Positions 1-7,380 of a stretch of DNA of 18,777 bases are shown here, piece after piece. The translations under genes and the position numbers were made by a program. Where the stretch lies: assembly GCA_038217285.1 (NCBI GenBank), contig JBBQPO010000105.1:1-18777 (forward strand), written 5' to 3'. This DNA is from Chthonomonadales bacterium. Lineage in GTDB: Bacteria; Armatimonadota; Chthonomonadetes; Chthonomonadales; Chthonomonadaceae. The first letter of the stretch is position 1. Every line of letters begins with the position of its first letter. Below the pieces are notes generated by a model. That model was given only the letters and a program-made list of their open reading frames with translations, searched no databases and had not been told where the DNA came from.

Positions 1-140
1 GGAACGGTCGGAGAAGAACCTCCCATTCGGGAGACGGTTGTAATGCGTTCATGAGAGAGACCTCCTTTGTCGAGAAGTTATCTTTCTCTATACGAATTCA
101 GAGCAGCCGTCTCCTCTACGATGAAAACGCTAAACTACAG
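1..140 (-). mobile_element. Probable IS element, upstream end (family uncertain, IS701/IS4-like), inserted in the metallophosphoesterase gene
   Basis: On the minus strand the phosphoesterase sequence switches abruptly at about 140 to CTGTAGTTTAGCGTTTTC..., giving a premature stop just before the expected GHxH motif. About 90 nt further in are a strong RBS (AAAGGAGG, 61-68) and an ATG at 52 opening a frame that runs off the window. Confidence 0.6.
2..52 (-). CDS. N-terminal fragment of a putative transposase (MNALQPSPEWEVLLRPF...), runs off the window
   Basis: AAAGGAGG lies 8 nt upstream of the ATG. The peptide resembles N-termini of IS701-type transposases, but only 17 codons are visible. 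Confidence 0.45.
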   Translation of the reverse strand, partial: MNALQPSPEWEVLLRPF

Positions 141-820
141 ACGTGTTTGATACCGTATTTTACGAAAAGCTTGTGAATATCATCACGGTTGGCGAGGTCG
201 CTGAAGCCCTCTTTGGTGCGGGCGAAGAGCGGATGATGCGTGAAGGCGAAGATATGCGCGGCGTTCTTGTTGGCCTCCAGATCGCGTTCGAGCCAGTCGC
301 GCTGTTCTTTGCCGATGCCGCCGCCGAGGCCGATCTCCTCGGTATTGAGGGCGATGAAGTGCGAATGTCCGTAGTCGAAGGAGCCGTAGAGGCGGCCCAT
401 GCGCTTCTTGTAAAGCGCGGCGAGTTCCGGGCGGTCAAAAATCTCATGGTTACCGGGGGCGTTGTAGATCGGTGTCTTCGACAGCGCGGCAAGCGATAGG
501 AAGGCGTCGTATTCGGCGTCGGCCTCTCCGACCGAGTCGTCGGAGCCGTAGATGCTGTCACCGGTCCAGACCGCGAGGGCAGGCTGTAGCAGACGCATCT
601 CCTCGAAAATCCGCCCGGCGGTGGGCGGCATGGGCAGGTTGCGCCCGGCAGCGCGATTATCCCCGGCGAGCACGAACGCGAAATGATCGGGATCGACGGC
701 AGGCACGACCTTCCGGATTTCCGGTGTGGCCGGCAAAGGCGCCAGCGGCCGCGTGGTGTCGGCGGCGGAGGGCAGCGCAAAGCAGCACAGCAGGGACAGA
801 AAACAGGCTCTTTTTAGCAT
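116..820 (-). pseudogene. Secreted calcineurin-like metallophosphoesterase, C-terminally truncated
   Basis: Signal peptide MLKRACFLSLLCCFALPSAA. Motifs I-IV are present (GDNR, TGDS, PGNHE, FTHHP). Motif V (GHxH), expected after KYGIKHV, is replaced by CSLAFSS* read from the inserted sequence. Confidence 0.8.
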
Positions 821-919
821 GAATAGTTCGCTTTCCAAGGGGGGTTTTGCGCTCCGTAGAGGAGGCAGAGAGTAATGATGTCCCGATACGTTCTCTGCTG
901 CCAAAGGGCTTCCCTGCGT

Positions 920-987
920 CTTAAACGAAATTTAACACGTTGTTAACCTGCTCTTAATCATACCTTAACACGCAGATCGCATACTCT
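920..987 (+). promoter_or_regulatory. Pho-box-like array of five 11-bp direct repeats plus a -10 element
   Basis: TTAA occurs at 921, 932, 943, 954 and 965. Units are CTTAAACGAAA, TTTAACACGTT, GTTAACCTGCT, CTTAATCATAC and CTTAACACGCA, followed by CATACT/TACTCT at 980-987. The array lies between divergent genes and matches the PhoP/SphR-type YTTAAYY 11-bp repeat pattern. Confidence 0.75.
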
Positions 988-1032
988 CAGTCTGGTTGAC
1001 GAACTCTTCACTCTCGAAAGGAGGCCCCCTCT

Positions 1033-1896
1033 TTGAGCACACGCAAAGGTTTTACTCTCATTGAGCTGCTCGTCGTTATCGCCATTATTGCGATCCTCGC
1101 AGCCATTCTCTTCCCGGTCTTTGCCCAGGCGCGCGAAAAGGCCCGCGTCGCGACCTGTACATCGAACTTGAAACAGTTTATGACGGCGATCTTGATGTAC
1201 GATCAAGACTATGACGAATGTCTACCGCTCTCCATCAGCGGTAAAAACGCCATCGGCCCCGGTGTGGCGGCGCTGAATCCGGGCGTGCAGGAGTTCCATG
1301 TCGGAGTCGCGATCAACCCGTATATCAAGAGCCGCGGACTTTTCCAGTGCCCGGACGACAGTACCCTGCCTGCCGGGAACACGGCGGGTACGCTGCCGAT
1401 TCCCGGCGGTATGAAAGTCCACGAGGCCTGGGGCACGTCTTACAAGTTCACCAAAGAAAACTTCTCGTTCCTGCCGCCCGGCGCGCCGAACAATGCCACG
1501 GCTGGCGGCGCGGTCTACAAATATAACTCGGCGGATAACTCCGGCTCTGCCGGTTCCGGCGACTGGGTAGGCGCTCCTGGTGGCCCCTTCAACAGCCCGC
1601 CTCCCGGCCCGCTAACCCTGTCTTATCTGGCCCGTCCGGCGGAGACCCGCATGATGCGCTGCTTCGTCGCGCCCTGGGACGGCCCGTTCACTGGGGCTAA
1701 CCCGCAGCCGTTTCACAAGGGCGGCGACACCATGGCGCTCTCCGACGGACATGTTAAGTTCATCGTCTCGAAGGCGCAGTACGACAACTTCTGCGATGGA
1801 GCCACCTCCTCTCCCGCCCGCCGCAACCCCAGCCTGGCGGGCTACCCGAACGGCGACGGTACGTGCAACACGAGCGGCCAGGAGCGTGCCAACTAA
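1033..1896 (+). CDS. Prepilin-type N-terminal cleavage/methylation protein, DUF1559-like with H-X9-DG C-terminal motif (287 aa)
   Basis: TTG start with RBS GAAAGGAGG. Class III signal [14 protein letters not shown]...C.SNLKQ, QCPDD, and [16 protein letters not shown]. Confidence 0.93.
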   Translation: MSTRKGFTLIELLVVIAIIAILAAILFPVFAQAREKARVATCTSNLKQFMTAILMYDQDYDECLPLSISGKNAIGPGVAALNPGVQEFHVGVAINPYIKSRGLFQCPDDSTLPAGNTAGTLPIPGGMKVHEAWGTSYKFTKENFSFLPPGAPNNATAGGAVYKYNSADNSGSAGSGDWVGAPGGPFNSPPPGPLTLSYLARPAETRMMRCFVAPWDGPFTGANPQPFHKGGDTMALSDGHVKFIVSKAQYDNFCDGATSSPARRNPSLAGYPNGDGTCNTSGQERAN

Positions 1897-1959
1897 TTCT
1901 CCTCCCGTCCCTGCTGCCTCGCCTGGAAGGGCGCGGCAGCTTGCCGGAGAACGAACGTG

Positions 1960-1992
1960 AGCCGCCGAAGCTGACTGCTTCGGCGGCTTCTA
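1960..1992. terminator. Strong hairpin between convergent genes, probable bidirectional terminator
   Basis: Perfect 12-bp stem AGCCGCCGAAGC-TGACT-GCTTCGGCGGCT with a weak U tail. A second GC-rich hairpin lies at 1913-1940. Confidence 0.6.
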
Positions 1993-2034
1993 ACACGTCC
2001 CACCCTTACCCTCTGTATCGTAACAATTTATCTC

Positions 2035-3162
2035 TCAAGGGGCAGCTTCCGATTCAAGGCGCGTCATCTCTCCGGTCGTTGTCGTGTCATAACCGCCCAG
2101 AATCGAGAGCTGCGAACGAACCCAGCGGTGTTGGAGGGTGCTCAAGAGTTGCCGAACTGGCTCCTGATGCATATACTCCTCCAGCAGCGCAAGATCGTAC
2201 CTCACCTGACGCAGAGGGACAAAGTCCAGCCCATAGGTCCGTGCCACCGCTTCCGTTCCGACTCCCGTGTCTGCCTGTCCGGTGGCGACGGCGAGGGCGA
2301 CCTCCTGGTGCCCCCCCACCATACGCTCATAGCCTGCTACGGCGGCGGCCAAGACTCCCTCGGCGTTTAACAGAGTATCCAGCAATAGCCGCGACCCCGC
2401 GCCTTCTTCACGATTGATCAGCACAACGCCTTTGCGGGTTAAGTCCGCCACGCACAGTACGCCTTTTGGATTGCCGGGCGCCACGACGAATCCCTCGCTC
2501 CACACGCCGAGATTTACGAGGATCACGGTTCGTCCGGGGACGATCTGCCGTACAAACGGCGCGTTGTATTCGCCGGTCGTCGGATCGCAGAGATGGATGC
2601 CGGCAGCATGCACTTCCCCACGTGCCAGACTGCGCAACGCCTCTGTACTGTTGGCATGGCTCCAGTGAACGCGCAGGCCGGGAAACCAGCGCTCGGCAGA
2701 GCGTGCCCACAAGGAAAGCATAGGCGTACATCCTGCCAGAACCACGGTGCGCGCCAGGGCCTCCGGATCGTCGAGCAGGGTGACGGCGACAGTCTCCTTT
2801 CCGACCTGCCGCGTCCCGACCCCATCGGCGGGAACCATCTCGGAGCGAAAGGCCGACGCGCCATGCAGCGAATGGGCGACCCACTTTCCCGCGATCTGCG
2901 CCAGTGCCAGCCGCAGAGGGAGGTCGGTCTGCATGTCGGCGACAGGGTACGCCTCCAGGATGGCACTCTCCTCTTCCAGCCAAAAAATCTCTTCGACCCT
3001 GCATCCTAGCGCTCTGGCAAGCCTTAGCGCCACGATTGCCGACGGTGCGTAGAGTTCCGCTTCGATGCCGCCAATCGTCTGTCGGGCAATTCCAGCCGCA
3101 GTCGCCAGTTCTTGCTGGCTCAACCCCAGACGTGCGCGGATCGTCTTCAACTGGTTCTGCAT
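2035..3162 (-). CDS. XRE-family HTH transcriptional regulator fused to a PBP-like (molybdate/oxyanion-binding type) domain (375 aa)
   Basis: N-terminal [41 protein letters not shown]-terminal PBP-like motifs [42 protein letters not shown] and LGGYD. A purine-rich RBS precedes ATG 3162. Confidence 0.88.
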   Translation of the reverse strand: MQNQLKTIRARLGLSQQELATAAGIARQTIGGIEAELYAPSAIVALRLARALGCRVEEIFWLEEESAILEAYPVADMQTDLPLRLALAQIAGKWVAHSLHGASAFRSEMVPADGVGTRQVGKETVAVTLLDDPEALARTVVLAGCTPMLSLWARSAERWFPGLRVHWSHANSTEALRSLARGEVHAAGIHLCDPTTGEYNAPFVRQIVPGRTVILVNLGVWSEGFVVAPGNPKGVLCVADLTRKGVVLINREEGAGSRLLLDTLLNAEGVLAAAVAGYERMVGGHQEVALAVATGQADTGVGTEAVARTYGLDFVPLRQVRYDLALLEEYMHQEPVRQLLSTLQHRWVRSQLSILGGYDTTTTGEMTRLESEAAP

Positions 3163-3303
3163 CCCGTTCCCTTCCTTCACGTTCCCTCCCTTCTTCCCAG
3201 GCAAGCAGGAATTTTTAACACAGTGACGAATATACCTGCGCACCGAACGTACTTGCTAAGAGAGAGTGCCACTGCCCTTATTCCTTCATCGAAAGGATAC
3301 CTC

Positions 3304-4077
3304 ATGCAAACGCGCGCGTTCACGCTCATTGAACTGCTCGTCGTCATCGCTATCATCGCGATTCTGGCCGCGATTCTCTTTCCGGTCTTTGCCCAGGCTC
3401 GTGAAAAAGCGCGCGCGACAGCTTGCATTAGCAATCAGAGGCAGATCGGCCTCGCCCTCGCCATGTATCGCAACGACTACGACGAGGTGAACTGCCGATA
3501 CCGGTTCTGCGACCCGGCGGGTGGTACCGATGCGCTCTGTGCAAAGCTCGCCATTCCCACCAAGTATACCGGCCCACTGGAGACCTGGTGGGCGCCCTAC
3601 GACGGCAGCCTGCCGGGCGGTCCGGAGCCGACGGTCCCCCTCCCCACCAACTACCAGGGGCTCAAGGCCGGCTTATTGCAGCCTTACGTCAAGAACCAGG
3701 CCATCTTTCGTTGTCCGTCTTACTCGCAAGGGCAGGTCGGCTACGCGATGAGCTATATTTGGAACAGTCCCATGGGACAGCCGGACGCCTTTGTCGTCAA
3801 CCCGACGGTCTATTTTGTGTGGGATCACAAACGCACCCCCGGCTGCGCCGATACGACCTCCAACGCCATGCCGGATCCCAACGGCGAGTACCAGCGCGCC
3901 CCGTTCCCGTTGAAGCAGGATCAAACAGGCGCTACGCCGCATACTCACTATCCGAGTCGCCATACAGACGGCTTTAACGGCCTTCGTTATGACGGCAGCG
4001 CTAAGTTCCGCAAATACACCAACCTGGATACCAACGGAACGACCAGCAAGGACTTTCTCGCCAATGTGCCGCCGTAA
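3304..4077 (+). CDS. Second prepilin-type N-terminal cleavage/methylation protein, DUF1559-like (257 aa)
   Basis: RBS GAAAGGA, then [50 protein letters not shown], and H-X9-DG ([16 protein letters not shown]). Confidence 0.93.
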   Translation: MQTRAFTLIELLVVIAIIAILAAILFPVFAQAREKARATACISNQRQIGLALAMYRNDYDEVNCRYRFCDPAGGTDALCAKLAIPTKYTGPLETWWAPYDGSLPGGPEPTVPLPTNYQGLKAGLLQPYVKNQAIFRCPSYSQGQVGYAMSYIWNSPMGQPDAFVVNPTVYFVWDHKRTPGCADTTSNAMPDPNGEYQRAPFPLKQDQTGATPHTHYPSRHTDGFNGLRYDGSAKFRKYTNLDTNGTTSKDFLANVPP

Positions 4078-4162
4078 CAAGGGACAGAGAAAAGGAACGT
4101 AGTAGGAATCTGGCATCCTCCTGGCGAATGGGGCTGCACATTCCTCAGGAGCCTTACCCTCA

Positions 4163-5410
4163 ATGAAAATCACCGAAGTGCGTGTCATCGTCACCTGCCC
4201 GCTGCGCAACTATGTCGTTGTCAAGATCATGACGGATGAGCCGGGGCTGTATGGGGTTGGGGATGCGACGCTGAATGGGCGGGAACTAGCCGTCGCCGCC
4301 GCCCTGCGAGAGCATATCGCGCCGCTCCTGATCGGGCGCGATCCCGACCGCATCGAAGACACCTGGCAGATGCTGTTTCGCGGCCCCTACTGGCGCAGCG
4401 GGCCGGTGCAGATGACGGCCCTGGCAGGCATCGACACCGCACTCTGGGACATCAAAGGCAAGAGGGCCAACCTGCCGGTCTACTCTCTGCTCGGCGGCAA
4501 GACGCGGGAAGGTGTGCTGGCGTACACACATGCGGGCGGTGCGGACGCCATCGCCTGTGAAGACAGCGCGCGGCAGAAGATCGAGATGGGGTTCAAGGTC
4601 GTGCGGTGTCAGGTGGCGATCCCCGGTAACCGGGGAACCTACGGCGCGGGCGGCGCGGCGGAGGCGACCTCCGCGACGTGGGGGAATACGGTGGGGGGCG
4701 CTGTCTGGGGCGACGGTGGGCCAATGCCTTTTGTGGAGACCTGGGAGCCGGGCCCCTATCTGCGCGCTATTCCGAAGCTGTTCGCGCACCTTCGGGACAA
4801 GCTCGGTGACGAGATCGAACTGTTTCACGATGTCCATGAGCGCCTGACGCCGATACAGGCCGCCCGCCTCGCCCGGGAGTTGGAGCCGTACCATCTGCTT
4901 TTCCTCGAAGACCCGCTGCGCCCGGAACACAAAGAGAGTTTCCGCCTGATCCGGCAGCACTCCGTCACCCCGCTGGCGATGGGCGAACTGTTCCACTCGA
5001 AATGGGAGGCGCTGCCGCTCATCACGGAGCAGTTGATCGACTATATCCGCTGTGATCTGGGCCATATCGGGGGCATTACGGAGGCGCGCAAGATCGCCGC
5101 TATCGCGGAGCCCTACTATGTCCAGACAGCGTGGCACGGCCCCGGCGATGTCGGCCCCTCGATCCACGCCGCCAATGTCCACCTCGATCTGGCGATCCCC
5201 AATTTCGGCGTTCAGGAGATGGTGTTCTGGCCGGAACAGGTGCAGGAGGTTCTGCCCGGCGCGCCCACGTTCAAGGACGGCTACCTGCATGTCACCGACG
5301 CGCCCGGCCTCGGCACCGACATCGACGAGGTCGCCGCCGCGAAATATCCCTACAAGCGCGCCTACCTGCCGATGTCCCGCCGCGCCGATGGCTCCGTCAT
5401 GGACTGGTAG
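4163..5410 (+). CDS. manD: D-mannonate dehydratase ManD/RspA subgroup, enolase superfamily (415 aa)
   Basis: MKI..V.VIVTCP.RN, GDATLNGRELAV, YWRSGPV, ALWDIKGK. Metal/catalytic motifs HDVHE, LEDP, MGE, WHGP.D and VQE. C-terminus DGSVMDW. Confidence 0.9.
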   Translation: MKITEVRVIVTCPLRNYVVVKIMTDEPGLYGVGDATLNGRELAVAAALREHIAPLLIGRDPDRIEDTWQMLFRGPYWRSGPVQMTALAGIDTALWDIKGKRANLPVYSLLGGKTREGVLAYTHAGGADAIACEDSARQKIEMGFKVVRCQVAIPGNRGTYGAGGAAEATSATWGNTVGGAVWGDGGPMPFVETWEPGPYLRAIPKLFAHLRDKLGDEIELFHDVHERLTPIQAARLARELEPYHLLFLEDPLRPEHKESFRLIRQHSVTPLAMGELFHSKWEALPLITEQLIDYIRCDLGHIGGITEARKIAAIAEPYYVQTAWHGPGDVGPSIHAANVHLDLAIPNFGVQEMVFWPEQVQEVLPGAPTFKDGYLHVTDAPGLGTDIDEVAAAKYPYKRAYLPMSRRADGSVMDW

Positions 5411-5433
5411 TTAGAAAAAGATTGGAGTGTGTT

Positions 5434-7098
5434 TCAGGATGTCGCCAGCAACTCCTGGAACCACTCCCGGTCGCGCATATTGTCGAAATCGGTATCGTTG
5501 GCTATATGCTCGCGCGAAGGCAGTACCCCGGATGCCTGGGACTTCAGGATCCATTCCCGGCTCATCCGCTCTTCTCCAACGAGCGCTTCCAGACAGGCCA
5601 GGTTGTAGAACACACTGGTATGTTCCAGATCCGCTGCTTTCTGAAAGGTCGTTCTCGCCTTCCGGAAAGCCTGATCTCGATCTTCGCCGCGCATCCCACT
5701 CCCCAGGCGGGCACAGACGATGCCTAGATTGGTGAGCGCTTCAACATAGTCCGGTTTGAGCGCTAGCGCGGCTTCATACCGTGTCACCGCTTCACACAGG
5801 GCTGCGTGTCGTCTCTCTCCGTCCAGGTCGTTCGCCATATCGGCAAGGACAAGACCCAGATTGTAAAGAGCCATGGGATAGTCCGGTTTAAGCGTGAGCG
5901 CGGCTTCATACTTTGTGATCGCTTCGCGCTGCGCCGTTCGGCGTTCCTCCCCGTTCAGGTCGCTCGCCATATCGGCAAAGACCAGGCCGAGATTGTTGAG
6001 GACGGCAAGATAGTCCGGTTTAAGTTTGAGCGCTGCTTCGTATTGCCCGATGGCCTGCCACATCGTTTCCGTCCGATGCGGGCACGACGCCTCTCTATTT
6101 TCGCTCAGAAGATGACCCCGAATAGCATACGCGAGGGCCGCAGCCTCGTTCAGCGCCTGCGTTGCTTCGATAGTATCCGCCGGAACAGGGAGCTTTTCGT
6201 CGTGGCGCTCAGCCTCGACCTCGGGCGCTGTTTTCAGAGAACCTGAACCGTGCGCGAACGAGTCGGTAACGCGCGCAAGCGGGAAGCATCCGAGGGTGCG
6301 GGCAAGTTGCACAAAGAAGTCGTCGGCAGTATATCCATCGAGCAGAAACGCGTATTGATTGGGTTTCGAAAGGCTGTGTGTCACGATGGGTTCGAGAGCG
6401 TCTTCCGTTTGTTTGACCCAGTAGAGACTATGATAAAAGGAAGATTTTTGCGCCAGATGATGCTTGAAGAGCGGGTCGGTCGCACCGCTGTAGCCACAAA
6501 CGATCATCGGGCCCTGGTAGGCGGTATCGAAAACCGGAGCCGCCTGCCTTGCCTGTCGTTGGCACGCTTCTTCCGTGTTGAGAAGAGTGAGATTGGTGTG
6601 CTGTCCATGCAGATGAAGAATCGCTTTGCCTTCGAAGCCGGCGAGATACGCGGGGATCTCGCTGCCAGAGCCGTGAAGCGCCGTGAGATCGAAGATTGCG
6701 GGGAAAACGTTGAGGAGAGCACAGGCCCGCAGCACAAGGTTATCGAAATTGACCGTCAGCACTCGCCCGACCCAACCGTGCTTTAGGAGGCAGGCTATCG
6801 CCCTATGCGACTCGTTCACTTGCGCCTTCCGGACAAGGTCATGGAGCAGGTCATGCCGCTGGCCAGCATCGAGTTCCACCAGGCAGGCCTGATAGAGTCG
6901 GTCAGGGTCTTGGCAGGCACGTTGTGCGCGGTCATAGGCCGTGCCGAACTGCTCCTGTACCTGCAGCACGATTCCCTGGGAAAGAGGAATGCCCGCCGTG
7001 ATCGAACATCCCGCTCCCAAAAACAAGGTTGTCTTCTTTCCACGCTCCCGCGCGGATCTCATTTTGGCTACAACATCGTCTATCGTGCGCTGTTCCAG
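5434..7098 (-). CDS. SIR2-like domain protein with TPR repeats and a C-terminal TPR end-of-group-type helix (ATG at 7062, possible CTG start at 7098)
   Basis: SIR2 motifs LFLGAGCSITAGIP, LTVNFD, LHLHG and VCGYSG. Three 44-aa TPR-like repeats. C-terminal YNLACLEALVG...DTDFDNMRDREWFQELL. Confidence 0.85.
   Translation of the reverse strand: MEQRTIDDVVAKMRSARERGKKTTLFLGAGCSITAGIPLSQGIVLQVQEQFGTAYDRAQRACQDPDRLYQACLVELDAGQRHDLLHDLVRKAQVNESHRAIACLLKHGWVGRVLTVNFDNLVLRACALLNVFPAIFDLTALHGSGSEIPAYLAGFEGKAILHLHGQHTNLTLLNTEEACQRQARQAAPVFDTAYQGPMIVCGYSGATDPLFKHHLAQKSSFYHSLYWVKQTEDALEPIVTHSLSKPNQYAFLLDGYTADDFFVQLARTLGCFPLARVTDSFAHGSGSLKTAPEVEAERHDEKLPVPADTIEATQALNEAAALAYAIRGHLLSENREASCPHRTETMWQAIGQYEAALKLKPDYLAVLNNLGLVFADMASDLNGEERRTAQREAITKYEAALTLKPDYPMALYNLGLVLADMANDLDGERRHAALCEAVTRYEAALALKPDYVEALTNLGIVCARLGSGMRGEDRDQAFRKARTTFQKAADLEHTSVFYNLACLEALVGEERMSREWILKSQASGVLPSREHIANDTDFDNMRDREWFQELLATS
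5720..6058 (-). repeat. Intragenic tandem repeat, about 3 x 132 bp (44 aa)
   Basis: TAGTCCGGTTT recurs at 5747, 5879 and 6011. The protein unit is A..xYEAAL.LKPDY..xL.NLG.V.A. Confidence 0.85.
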
Positions 7099-7272
7099 TT
7101 CGCCGTCCCCCTGTAGTGATTATCGTAGATTCGTTCTGCGTTAGGCTTTGTGTTCGCGAAAGAAGGGGACGACTCCTGCTAACCAGGAGTCCTGCTAAGG
7201 CGCTAAGGCGCGCTGTTTCGGTGGGAAACGCCTCGAGGTAAAGCAAAGCCGGAAGGGAGAGGGCAGGCAGGC

Positions 7273-7307
7273 AAAAAAATGCCCGTGGGCGACGCTGCCA
7301 ACGGGCA
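7273..7307 (-). terminator. Rho-independent terminator of the secreted-protein gene
   Basis: Minus strand reads TGCCCGTTGGC-AGCGTC-GCCCACGGGCA followed by T7, about 75 nt after the stop at 7381. Confidence 0.8.
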
Positions 7308-7380
7308 AAGTGAATGGAAAGGATTTCCTATCCGACCTCCAGTCCTTAAGTCTTCCCTCCGAAGAGCGGACGCCAGGAGC

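Noticed and set aside
920-974. CRISPR-like or iteron array
   Set aside because: The units are only 11 bp, degenerate and without spacers, and no cas or rep gene is present. A transcription-factor site explains it better.
3163-3303. Moco riboswitch or ModE box near the PBP regulator
   Set aside because: No recognisable consensus or conserved stem arrangement.
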